Shown here in pieces: positions 1 to 8,795 of a stretch of 64,000 nt of DNA (position 1 is its first letter; the number at the start of each line of letters is the position of its first letter). The stretch spans positions 2,563 through 66,562 of the IMG/VR virus record IMGVR_UViG_2585427527_000003; one strand, given 5' to 3'. A program made the position numbers and the translations under genes. The notes below the pieces were generated by a model that worked only from the letters and a program-made list of their open reading frames with translations, had not been told where the DNA came from and did not search any database. This stretch comes from a virus (lineage: Duplodnaviria; Caudoviricetes).

Positions 1-62
1 CTGGGCTCGACTCCCGAAATTTTCTACAAACCTAGTGTTGTCAACAACTTAGGGGAATTTCG

Positions 63-299
63 ATGGAGACGAAGACGACCACTATACGGGGCCTCGCCAT
101 CGACGTTCAAGTCATCGAAACGATGCACCGGACGACCTGTGGCGAAGTCCTTTGGTACATCGCTACGATTATCGTCAGAGAGCGCAAGACAGGCGTACAG
201 CGCCTTGTCCGTCGCACCCGTATTCCCGGCAGCGCACAGGAACTTGCTCTTGCCGTCCAGCGGCTGGGCGTCCGCGCTCTGGATCATCTCGCAGCATGA
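63..299 (+). CDS. Hypothetical protein (78 aa)
   Basis: ORF with GGGGA RBS-like sequence upstream; no recognised domain. Confidence 0.55.
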   Translation: METKTTTIRGLAIDVQVIETMHRTTCGEVLWYIATIIVRERKTGVQRLVRRTRIPGSAQELALAVQRLGVRALDHLAA

Positions 300-542
300 C
301 TAAGAACGTGGTTAACGGCTTGTTACTTGTCTCGGCAAGGATTCAACCGAGCGCTGCAAGGATTCGATCTTATCGAGTCCTTTCGCTTATTCCGGCGAGT
401 CCTTGAAGACCCCTTTCACGGAAGGATTCGATGTAAAATCCTTCAATATTATCAAATAGATAAATCGATAAAGCGGCTATTGACGCCCTTTCAGAAATAT
501 GAGCTCAGTGTCGCCGTCATCAACAACCAAAAGGAGAGATTG

Positions 543-1061
543 ATGAATTTCGTGACACTTGCGCGGGGCAAAGAATACCCGCTTCCGATCCGAGCCCAGG
601 AGGGAGCGGCAGCCAACTTCCTGACCGATGGGGGAAATCTGCTCCAGATCGCCATGCCCAATCTGATGAGGTCCGAGGCGAGGTTGATCAGAAATGATCC
701 GATGAAAGCCGGGATCATCGTGGACGGTCCTTTGATCCTCTGGGTCTTCCAGTTTGGCACGATCATTCTCGATTGCCCGTTCGATGCGCGGATCATCCCA
801 TCGCATGCGCGCTGGGTGCCGGACATCGAGAACGAGCAGCAGCGGCTTGCGATCGACGTGCATCTAGTGGATACGGCTACGATGATCGTCCGGGGCATCC
901 GGTATGTCACGCTATCGTCATCCCTCACGCGCCGCTTCCTGATCACCGTTCAGGACCAGCTCGCGGACCAGCGAGACATCACGCCATACCTGATGCGATA
1001 CAACGCCATCCCAATCACCCGGCTCCCTTCACTGGCACAAGTCGAGAGGTGCGGAGCATGA
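543..1061 (+). CDS. Hypothetical protein (~172 aa)
   Basis: AAGGAG upstream of ATG 543 within ORF 327-1061; stop overlaps next start (ATGA). Confidence 0.65.
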   Translation: MNFVTLARGKEYPLPIRAQEGAAANFLTDGGNLLQIAMPNLMRSEARLIRNDPMKAGIIVDGPLILWVFQFGTIILDCPFDARIIPSHARWVPDIENEQQRLAIDVHLVDTATMIVRGIRYVTLSSSLTRRFLITVQDQLADQRDITPYLMRYNAIPITRLPSLAQVERCGA

Positions 1062-1339
1062 GCCCCGCCATCACAGCATGGGAGCGCGACCCCCACGTCA
1101 CGGACGACACCGATAGCATATGGACCGCTTCCCTGATCGTCGGTGACGGCTCCGATGATCTCTACGACATGCTCGTCATCGGAGAACCGGATCGCATCGG
1201 GCCGACACCTTACGATGTGACAGGCAGCCGTGATGGCGAGGCCATGACATTTGCAGCCGCGACTGCATCATCATGGGATGAGGCCTGCCGCCTCGCCGAG
1301 ATCGAAGCCCGCCGGGCCTCGATTAGGGCCGTTGAATAA
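1058..1339 (+). CDS. Hypothetical acidic protein (~93 aa)
   Basis: ATG at 1058 coupled to upstream stop, in frame with ORF 773-1339. Confidence 0.6.
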   Translation: MSPAITAWERDPHVTDDTDSIWTASLIVGDGSDDLYDMLVIGEPDRIGPTPYDVTGSRDGEAMTFAAATASSWDEACRLAEIEARRASIRAVE

Positions 1340-1356
1340 GCGAAAGGACGAACAGA

Positions 1357-1602
1357 ATGACCGCACTGATAGAGATCAAATACAGGGATTTCCCCCTGAA
1401 CGAAGACCGCTACAACCGCTTGGCGGAGGAACTACGCGACGCCACGCATGGTTTTGGCAAGCTCATCGAGCCGGGCTGGCCGGGGAGCCGCGACTTTGAG
1501 CGCCGCTTGATTTCGATCCGGGAACAATTGGACGGCCTCTGGAACGACATCAAGGAAAGCCAGAAGCAGGTTCTGTTTCCTTACCTGACCGATCGGAAAT
1601 GA
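1357..1602 (+). CDS. Hypothetical protein (81 aa)
   Basis: AAAGGA RBS; co-directional in small-gene run. Confidence 0.6.
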   Translation: MTALIEIKYRDFPLNEDRYNRLAEELRDATHGFGKLIEPGWPGSRDFERRLISIREQLDGLWNDIKESQKQVLFPYLTDRK

Positions 1603-1672
1603 GGATGCACCTCTCGGTATCGCATTCACCAAGGAAAACGCGACGGCAGTCGCGTGAAGAAAGGAAGAGACA

Positions 1673-2005
1673 ATGGACTTCAAGGTCTGGAAACAACTGC
1701 CTCCCGTCCAACAAATGGCCCACAGGCTCGGCTTCGACACCACTCTCGCGCGGTGCCACGACTGGGACGACTACACGAGCCGTTTCATCGCCGCAAATGA
1801 TGACAACGGCCGGATGGTCAAAGCCGCGAAGGAACTCTGGGGCTACCTCTCCACGGGGGAACGCCCGGTCCTCGCTGCCATGCTGCACGCGGCAGATTTC
1901 TCCCGGTTCGCCGATGAGTTTTCAGGAACGGAGAATTGGTCACGGCTCGATCGCACCTATGGCGACCACGCCGTCGCCGTCGGGCTTGCCATTATGCGGC
2001 GATAA
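1673..2005 (+). CDS. Hypothetical protein (110 aa)
   Basis: Purine-rich RBS (AAGGAAGAG); protein-like composition. Confidence 0.6.
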   Translation: MDFKVWKQLPPVQQMAHRLGFDTTLARCHDWDDYTSRFIAANDDNGRMVKAAKELWGYLSTGERPVLAAMLHAADFSRFADEFSGTENWSRLDRTYGDHAVAVGLAIMRR

Positions 2006-2061
2006 GAAATAGAGCCGCTGGACAACGGCTTACATCCCGGATGGATAAAGATACCACCCGA

Positions 2062-2096
2062 CACGCCAGAAGCGCTGTACGGGCCGTTTAAACGCA
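2062..2096 (+). repeat. Imperfect direct repeat, copy 1 (partner at 4384-4419)
   Basis: cacgccagaagcgctgtacgggccgtttaaacgca vs cacgccgaacgcgctgtacaggccgtttctgacgca. Confidence 0.6.
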
Positions 2097-2109
2097 ACGA
2101 AATGTGGAC

Positions 2110-2140
2110 ATCGGGGTCGAGAGGCCCCGATTTCGCGTTT
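2110..2140. terminator. Hairpin between convergent genes
   Basis: atcgggg...ccccgat stem followed by ttcgcgttt. Confidence 0.4.
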
Positions 2141-2724
2141 CAGGTAACGACGATCACAATTCCGGCGGTCACGGTTGCGCCCGCTGAATCCGTCGCCGAG
2201 ACCCAGACCTGATAGCTCCCTGCGATCAGCGCCCGCCCTGCGATCCCGCCCGTCGAGCCGTTGAAGGTCGCGCCGAGCGGCAGCGTTCCGAAATAAGTAT
2301 ACGATACCGAACCGGATGCCCCAGAGACGAGGGGCCGCAGATCGAGCACGGTACCCGCCGCTACCGATGCCTGTCCTGTGATGGACAGCGTAAAGCCTGC
2401 CGGAGTTTCTGGCGACGTAGGAACCGTTGGCTCCTCCGGAGGAGCCACGACCGGAGCGCCTTCGGCCTCGTCAGATCCCCAGTCAATCGCGTCGAAGTCG
2501 AAGCCGCCCGGCGACGGCACCAAAGGCCGCAGCCGACCCGAAATAAGATCCGACACTTCGAGGACGAGGGACGCGCAATCGTCCTCATTCGGGTTATCGC
2601 TCTCCAGTTCCTCGGCAATCTTTTGATCGATCTCTACAACGCGATCGCGCGCCGCTTGAGGTAGGCCGAGGCGATTGAGGAAAGCAGCTAGGCTCGGGCT
2701 GCCGAAAGTGATGGTGTCTGTCAT
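2140..2724 (-). CDS. Protein with C-terminal putative Ig (He_PIG-like) domain
   Basis: GTLPLGATFNGSTGGIAG...GSYQVWVSATDSAGAT motif; AAAGGA RBS before ATG 2724. Confidence 0.7.
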   Translation of the reverse strand: MTDTITFGSPSLAAFLNRLGLPQAARDRVVEIDQKIAEELESDNPNEDDCASLVLEVSDLISGRLRPLVPSPGGFDFDAIDWGSDEAEGAPVVAPPEEPTVPTSPETPAGFTLSITGQASVAAGTVLDLRPLVSGASGSVSYTYFGTLPLGATFNGSTGGIAGRALIAGSYQVWVSATDSAGATVTAGIVIVVT

Positions 2725-3416
2725 GGATTCAGTCCTTTCGTGTCTGGTTCGTCGGTTTCTGCCGTCTCCGGCGTCGGCTCCGGCTCCCCATCGGCCTGCT
2801 GCTGCCGCTCGGTTTCCCAAGCTTGCGCCGCCGCCAGCACCGATGCCGCGACTTCATCGTCGGAGGCACCAGGCCGGATCGTCATCCGGAGCCGCCATAG
2901 ATCATCGGTCTCGATAGATTCGCGTAGCCATTCGATAGCGGCTGGCGGAGCGCGTTGTTCGAGGAGCGCACGGGCCTGCTCCGCCATCCGAGGACGTTTG
3001 AGATCCTTCACCAACCGCGTCCAAGACGGCGACGGGCGCGGACGGCTGTTGGCGTAGTGCAGCGGCTCCAAACCGCGTTCCATGGCATAGGCTGTCGGCC
3101 CTCTGTCATCATCGATCGACGAGGCAGGCCGCCGGGCAGGACGGAAGGGAAACGAGAGAGCGGTTATCGGCGGCACCACGGCGAGCGCAGCCGACAGCAG
3201 CGCGAGCATATGAAGCATGAGCTTACCCGCTGGATCGCTGCTGCGCCGCTGGCGCTGGCGTTCGGCCAGATCGAGGCGCATCCGATCAGCGCATGTTCGA
3301 CGCCGCCGCTTATTCTCAGTCATCATCGGCCTCGACATCGCCGGGGCGGATCTTTTCGCGCCAAAGCCGCGATTGAGACAAGCGCTCTCGCGCATCACAC
3401 CAGAACCGAGCGGCAT
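2721..3416 (-). CDS. Hypothetical protein, start uncertain
   Basis: 231-aa ORF whose stop overlaps the Ig-domain gene start. Confidence 0.5.
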   Translation of the reverse strand: MPLGSGVMRESACLNRGFGAKRSAPAMSRPMMTENKRRRRTCADRMRLDLAERQRQRRSSDPAGKLMLHMLALLSAALAVVPPITALSFPFRPARRPASSIDDDRGPTAYAMERGLEPLHYANSRPRPSPSWTRLVKDLKRPRMAEQARALLEQRAPPAAIEWLRESIETDDLWRLRMTIRPGASDDEVAASVLAAAQAWETERQQQADGEPEPTPETAETDEPDTKGLNP

Positions 3417-3702
3417 GCGCGATCACTGCATCGCTCATGTCACTCTCGACAGCATCGATCAGCAGGCCCTCGGCTTGCCAGACCGCCGCCTGGTTAATGC
3501 TTTCCATTCGCTCATTGGTCTCGATGCGATCCCTGATTGCCGACATGCTCGATCCTCCGTTGCCATGTGCATCTCAAAAAGAATGCGGGTGGAGGAGGAC
3601 CGGCGCAAATTCGGAGTGACCACGCGCGACCATTGTCGAGCTGACGAAACCCTCTATTCTCGACTGCCGTCGATCGAGCTTGGTATCGAGGAGAACGTCC
3701 TG

Positions 3703-4317
3703 ATGCAGAAGAGGCCCAGGAGTTACGAAGAACTGCTAAATTTTGAGCCCCGCTGGCCCAAGAAAGGCGATCGGCTGCTACGACGATCGGATGACTGGAA
3801 CCGAGGAGTGGAATTCTCCAAGCGGCCTATCGATAGACATGTGCATCTTTGGGAAGGCTACATGAGGGCCGGAGCTGGACTGATCGAGCTATGCGCTCAG
3901 GATGGATACGAGGGCGACCGACACTTCGTGATCTACCCGATCTTGTTCAACTATCGCCACGGCCTCGAACTGGCGATGAAATGGATCGTCCTTCGTTTCG
4001 GCGGACAAGGATTTCAGGGTATCGAAGCGGATCATGACCTTTGGAAGCTTTGGAAGCGCTGCCGCGCGATCATCGAACAACACGAAACGAATGACGACGA
4101 AGCTACCGATGCAGTCGAGAGGATCGTCAAGGAATTCCATGATCTTGATCGCGCCGGAATTAGCTTTCGCTATGGCTGGGGCAAAGAAGGCAAGGAAATC
4201 AAATTGCCAAGCCACATGATCGATCTGGAAAACATCCACGATGTCATGGAGGGAGTGTCAGGCTATTTCACAGGGCTTGATGGGTGGCTGGACGATCTGC
4301 ATTCGGCAGCGCCGTGA
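3703..4317 (+). CDS. HEPN-like domain protein (~204 aa)
   Basis: YPILFNYRHGLELAMK...HDLWKLW...D..GISFRY pattern; GAGGAG RBS before ATG 3703. Confidence 0.6.
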   Translation: MQKRPRSYEELLNFEPRWPKKGDRLLRRSDDWNRGVEFSKRPIDRHVHLWEGYMRAGAGLIELCAQDGYEGDRHFVIYPILFNYRHGLELAMKWIVLRFGGQGFQGIEADHDLWKLWKRCRAIIEQHETNDDEATDAVERIVKEFHDLDRAGISFRYGWGKEGKEIKLPSHMIDLENIHDVMEGVSGYFTGLDGWLDDLHSAAP

Positions 4318-4383
4318 TAGGATTACGCGCCTCCCGGAAGTCGGATTCGGCGTCGATTCTGGACGTGTCTGAATACGTCCGGC

Positions 4384-4419
4384 CACGCCGAACGCGCTGT
4401 ACAGGCCGTTTCTGACGCA
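4384..4419 (+). repeat. Imperfect direct repeat, copy 2 (partner at 2062-2096)
   Basis: Shared core gcgctgtac(g/a)ggccgttt. Confidence 0.6.
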
Positions 4420-4452
4420 CAATTTTTGAGCAAATCGCGGTTTTGGAGGTTT

Positions 4453-5739
4453 CTATCGCCGCCGTCGCAAAGTGGGCGTCGAGATGCCCGGCGCACGTTC
4501 CGGCTCCGGTGGACGGAGCGCCGCGAGTTCCTGCCGAGCTTCCGTTAGCCGCCGCCCGCTATCCCGGAGCGCGGCCAGTAAGTCGCGTGACTTCGTCTCC
4601 GCTTCCCGCCGTCCGGCATCGGCTGCGGTCGCACGGTCGGAGGCAGCGGTAACAGCGCGCCGGAGCCCGTCCATCTCGGAAACGACCGACTGTCGAATCC
4701 GTGCCTCGGCCGCCGACTTCTGGAATCCATCCCACCAGCCGCGCAGCACGCCAGGCAGCCGCTGGAGGCGAGCCGTTGCTTCACGGACGCGAGCGGCTTC
4801 CTCGCGGACGCGGACCATCATCGATTTCGCCCGCCGTTGTTCCGCAACAGCTTTGTCCTGTGCCTTCAGGGCGGTTTCTGTGGCGGCCCTGGCAGCCTCA
4901 AGCTGGCGGGCTGCTTCAGCCTTCAATGTAGCCGCCTCCGCCGCGATCTGGGCGGCATCTTCCTTTGTACTGGCGATCAAGGACTCGCCCTTGAGCTTGA
5001 CCTGTCTGGCCCGGTCGAGGGTGGTGCGTAGCGCGCGCGCCTGAACCTGTTCGGCCTGCCATTCGGCTCGCGTCAGGCGGCGGCGTTGCGGGCCAAGGCG
5101 CGTCAAACCGCAGGCGATGGCGACGGCCTCATGATAGGAATCCTGCCATTCGCGCATCGCCGCCCGATATGCCTGGTCGCCGCGCTTGTTCAGAGCCTTT
5201 CCGTCCTCGCCTTCTGCGGGACCGGCCGCCATGACGGAAGCCTTCGCGCACTGGCCGGGATGCAGGGCCGACGCCTTCATGTCCGCCGACGACGGCAGGA
5301 CATAGGCATGCAGATGCCAGTGAGATTCATCCTCGTGCCGAACGATGGATACAAGCTGGTCGCCATACTGCCCCTTGAGCCAGTCCACCGTCAGGGCCTC
5401 CCAGCGCGCAACTTCCGCCCGCTTTGCGGTATCCTCGCGAACTTCCGCGACGGTAAATGGATGTGAGGCCACCACGGTCATGAGCGTGTGTTGTGTCTGC
5501 TGGATTTTTCGCGGCTTGCCGCCCTTCGGCGTGGTCCGGGCCTCGGCAGCAGCGGCATCGTGCCTCGCCTCGACCTCATCGATCGTCGAGCCAAAGACGA
5601 CGATCGGAGGCGATGGATTCGAGACGTGCACGGAGGCCGCTGGATCGCGCCGAGCCTCACCAAAGACGAAGCTCGTGGAGCGCCCCTTGCCATCACCTTT
5701 CCGGGAGAACGCTTCGAGGTGGGTGAATTGGAAGCTCAT
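4453..5739 (-). CDS. Relaxase/mobilization protein (HUH family) with coiled-coil tail
   Basis: VRHEDESHWHLHAYVLP HUH motif, WQDSYHEAV..CGLTRLGP, long Ala/Arg-rich coiled C-terminus. Confidence 0.7.
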   Translation of the reverse strand: MSFQFTHLEAFSRKGDGKGRSTSFVFGEARRDPAASVHVSNPSPPIVVFGSTIDEVEARHDAAAAEARTTPKGGKPRKIQQTQHTLMTVVASHPFTVAEVREDTAKRAEVARWEALTVDWLKGQYGDQLVSIVRHEDESHWHLHAYVLPSSADMKASALHPGQCAKASVMAAGPAEGEDGKALNKRGDQAYRAAMREWQDSYHEAVAIACGLTRLGPQRRRLTRAEWQAEQVQARALRTTLDRARQVKLKGESLIASTKEDAAQIAAEAATLKAEAARQLEAARAATETALKAQDKAVAEQRRAKSMMVRVREEAARVREATARLQRLPGVLRGWWDGFQKSAAEARIRQSVVSEMDGLRRAVTAASDRATAADAGRREAETKSRDLLAALRDSGRRLTEARQELAALRPPEPERAPGISTPTLRRRR

Positions 5740-5985
5740 CTAGTCCCGCCCTGGAACTTCACGCCATTCGGCGACGAGATTGCGACCGTCCCGCGTGACA
5801 ATCTCAATCCTCTTAGCCGTGAGGCTTTTGGGGACGGCTACGCCTTTTTTCGGCAAATAGATGAGGACACGATTCCGCCCGGCGTGCTCCACCGTGACGG
5901 ACTTACGTCGTTGCACATTGACCCAATGCGGCCGCCACTCACGGAAGAAAACGAAGCAACCCGGAACAACATCGCCATACGCCAT
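5740..5985 (-). CDS. Hypothetical protein (81 aa)
   Basis: Abuts relaxase start; GGGAG RBS. Confidence 0.55.
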   Translation of the reverse strand: MAYGDVVPGCFVFFREWRPHWVNVQRRKSVTVEHAGRNRVLIYLPKKGVAVPKSLTAKRIEIVTRDGRNLVAEWREVPGRD

Positions 5986-5987
5986 GG

Positions 5988-6245
5988 TCAGTATGCTCCC
6001 TTGTACTCGAAATCGATGCCTTGCGTGAACGATGAGACAAGCCGCACCCGATCGAGGAAGTCGCGGTCTTCTAGGTGTTCATGACCGCCGTTCAACTCAG
6101 TCCGGTCTTGCCCGAAGCTGGCATACCGTTCCGGGCTCTCCCAAATGACGGCGAACCATGAAGTCGGCAGCCGGACGATCTTGAGCCTTGCTGTGGCGAC
6201 CGGGCCCTGGTTCGTGATGAAAATCTGACGTTCGTATTCCTGCAT
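5988..6245 (-). CDS. Hypothetical protein (85 aa)
   Basis: GGGAGG RBS; operonic with relaxase. Confidence 0.65.
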   Translation of the reverse strand: MQEYERQIFITNQGPVATARLKIVRLPTSWFAVIWESPERYASFGQDRTELNGGHEHLEDRDFLDRVRLVSSFTQGIDFEYKGAY

Positions 6246-6304
6246 GTGATCCTCCCGGTGAATGCTGGTGGAAGAATCTTCAGCGCCGGCGGAGCCGGGA
6301 ACAA

Positions 6305-6337
6305 CCCATTAGTGACCCATTAGTGACCGACTAATGG
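6305..6337. repeat. Direct plus inverted repeat, candidate oriT/oriV protein-binding site
   Basis: cccattagtga x2 followed by actaatgg (inverse of ccattagt), between rep and mob operon. Confidence 0.45.
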
Positions 6338-6459
6338 CTTTCCCTGCGGTCAAGTCGTCGGCTCTCCGAGGGGGCTTCCGCCGGACTCCCAGAGGGGCCA
6401 CTTCATGGAGACCTTGGCGGGGGCCCTGTCGCCGTCTGGATGGACGACGAGGCAGTCGA

Positions 6460-8190
6460 TTACTGCCGCTCTGTGACTTCACCGCTGAAGGCGGCTTGGG
6501 GCGTTGCCCTTGGTGATACCGGGACACCCGTCATCACGCCGCTATGCGGCTTCGCCCATCGTGGCACGCCATGGACGCTCCGTTGTGCGACGAGCGGTGT
6601 AGATTCGGTATGGCCGGGGCGTGCGGCTACCTTTTTATCTATACACCTATTTTCACCGCCCTTCGGTTGCGCTTCCGAAACGGATACAACTTCGCCCCAC
6701 CGAGCCGTTGCCGTTCGCACAGAAACACCCGCTTCGACGGCCAGCGCCGCCCGCGTCGCGACCTCACCCGATGCAATAAGCCGTTGGTGGGCTTCTCGTA
6801 GCCGCTGGAGCGTGTTCGCGCCCTTGGCCTTGCCCGAATACCGTCCACCAGCCGATTGTCGCTCAGTGACCGTCTTCAGCCCATCGACGACATCGAGCAG
6901 CTTGCCACGGTTCACGACCTTGCCTTCCAGCTTCACCGCGTCGAAGTGCGCGACCAGATAGTCGGCAACCTTCCCCGTGACGTAACTGACGGTCTTATCC
7001 TCGTGGCCGCTCTTCTCGGCGTATTCCGCAAGCGCCTCATGCAGATGATCGGCCAGCGCGGCTCCACTGCCGCGCATGCGGGCATAGGCTCCAAAATGCC
7101 ATTCAGCCAGGAGCCGCTGGCCTTCGGTGAGCAGCGCGTCGAAGATCGTGTTCGATGCTGTCAAGCCAAGCCCGGATTGCACCGCTGCAGCCTTCCGCAC
7201 GAGGACAGCACGGCCGACGCTGGTGTCGACATAGTCCGCATACTCCGTCAGCGTCGGCCAGATGTCGTCGTTCGGTGTCATCGTATGCCAGAACGGCGAT
7301 GTGGGGCATTTCATGCGCCCGGTCATCGTCGGAGCCGCGGGATCGGCACCGAGATCGAGGAGCGCCGCAGCCAGCCCCCGTGCAACTGCGTCGAACAGCC
7401 GGATAGGCTCTTGACGGCACCGCTTGTCGTCGCTTCGCCAGACCGCCGACCCTTGCGGCAGCAACCATACGATATGGGGACGGGAATACCGCCCGCTGTC
7501 CAGCAGATCGCCGACGACAATATGTGGAAGGCAGGGAATTCGGCCATCGCTGACCTTCTCCGTCAACGCGGCGATGCAGGCCGCAGGAGTCGAGAATATA
7601 CCGTCGCAATCCACACGCAATGCCGCCATGAACTCACGGTTCAGTTCGATATAGGGGAAATCCAGCGTCAGAATCTTTTGCGGACACTGGTTCTCAAGAT
7701 GAGCCTTATCCCATGATGCTCGCGCCCTGCTGCCTTTGGGAACCAGCGATACGAAATATTTGAGGACCGTATTGTACTCCGAACGCAGTCCCATCTCGTG
7801 AACGTCCTTACGCCAGCGTCCTCCGATCTGGCGTTCACCAAGTTGGTGGTAGCCTTGGGTCAGGCGCTTGTGAACGAGAATACGCTGTTCTGCAGCCTGC
7901 CGTGCGAAGGTCGCCGCGTCCCAGTCCGATATCTTGCTATCGCGACGATCGCGCTGTTCAGCTTTGCGGATGCGCTCGCGGCTGGCATGCCGCTGCGCTT
8001 CGGCATAGCGATCCTCGAAGCCATCGAGCCAAATTTGTTGACGGTGTAAAGCAGGGAGTTCTGTTGTCCGGGCTGGGCTATATCCCAGCCCCCGGCTCAC
8101 CGAGCCGCTTCGAGGGTCTTTACAATCTTTTCGCCATCGTTCATCATTTTCGAACAATCCATGAAAAAGCCGCCGAGGGTTCCAGCCCAA
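6460..8190 (-). CDS. Plasmid-type replicase (primase-polymerase/Replicase-like) with C-terminal HTH; true start probably downstream of 8190
   Basis: PYIELN..ALRVDCD..PHIVV..RPHIVWLL..DP..TGRMKCP.SPFW motifs; TRAALAVEAGVSVRTATARW HTH. Confidence 0.65.
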   Translation of the reverse strand: MGWNPRRLFHGLFENDERWRKDCKDPRSGSVSRGLGYSPARTTELPALHRQQIWLDGFEDRYAEAQRHASRERIRKAEQRDRRDSKISDWDAATFARQAAEQRILVHKRLTQGYHQLGERQIGGRWRKDVHEMGLRSEYNTVLKYFVSLVPKGSRARASWDKAHLENQCPQKILTLDFPYIELNREFMAALRVDCDGIFSTPAACIAALTEKVSDGRIPCLPHIVVGDLLDSGRYSRPHIVWLLPQGSAVWRSDDKRCRQEPIRLFDAVARGLAAALLDLGADPAAPTMTGRMKCPTSPFWHTMTPNDDIWPTLTEYADYVDTSVGRAVLVRKAAAVQSGLGLTASNTIFDALLTEGQRLLAEWHFGAYARMRGSGAALADHLHEALAEYAEKSGHEDKTVSYVTGKVADYLVAHFDAVKLEGKVVNRGKLLDVVDGLKTVTERQSAGGRYSGKAKGANTLQRLREAHQRLIASGEVATRAALAVEAGVSVRTATARWGEVVSVSEAQPKGGENRCIDKKVAARPGHTESTPLVAQRSVHGVPRWAKPHSGVMTGVPVSPRATPQAAFSGEVTERQ

Positions 8191-8210
8191 TGACAGCGGC
8201 TTTTTTCATG
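8160..8210. terminator. Inverted repeat, probable terminator downstream of vsr / rep leader
   Basis: catgaaaaagccgc...gcggcttttttcatg. Confidence 0.55.
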
Positions 8211-8240
8211 CTCATTCGGCGGCGCGCATCCGTCAAGGTC

Positions 8241-8648
8241 TCATCGGAGGAACTTGAGAAGCGTATCCGTCAGGGTTTGGGTATCCTTCGTCTCACATTC
8301 CCAGACCGTCAGAACCTTCCAACCCTTTGCCGCCAGAGCTTGGACATTCTCGGCATCGCGGTCGACATTCCGTTGGAGTTTGGCCTGCCAGAAATCTCTC
8401 CGCGTTTCCGGGATGCTGGCCTTGCCGCAGCCTGAATGCTGATGCCAAAAACATCCATGGACGAAAATCGCTGCCTTTTTCGAAGGAAATACAATATCGG
8501 GCTTTCCCGGCAGATCCTTGCCATGGAGGCGGAAGCGGTACCCGAGCGCGTGCGCAGCTCTCCTGACTCTCATCTCTGGCATGGTGTTTTTCTGACCGAT
8601 TCGGGACATCAGCCAGGAACGGTGCTCGGGAGTAAATCTATCTGCCAA
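8241..8648 (-). CDS. vsr: Very short patch repair endonuclease Vsr
   Basis: RSWLMSRIGQKNTMPE, DLPGKPDIVF, FVHGCFWHQH, VWECE; TTG start at 8648 with GAGG RBS. Confidence 0.93.
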   Translation of the reverse strand: MADRFTPEHRSWLMSRIGQKNTMPEMRVRRAAHALGYRFRLHGKDLPGKPDIVFPSKKAAIFVHGCFWHQHSGCGKASIPETRRDFWQAKLQRNVDRDAENVQALAAKGWKVLTVWECETKDTQTLTDTLLKFLR

Positions 8649-8795
8649 ACACAACCTCTGTCTTCCTTGCCCGGTATCATTCACACGCCTCCAAGGCGGC
8701 ATATACACAGGATCCAGCGTCAAAGGCCACCTCCACCTTGTCGAAGCGTGTATTTATTGTAATAACAAGCTGGGTGATTTCATGTTAAGATTGCG

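Noticed and set aside
3217-3702. N-terminal 162 aa of the 366-aa ORF
   Set aside because: Overlaps the opposite-strand gene; a strong RBS precedes ATG 3703
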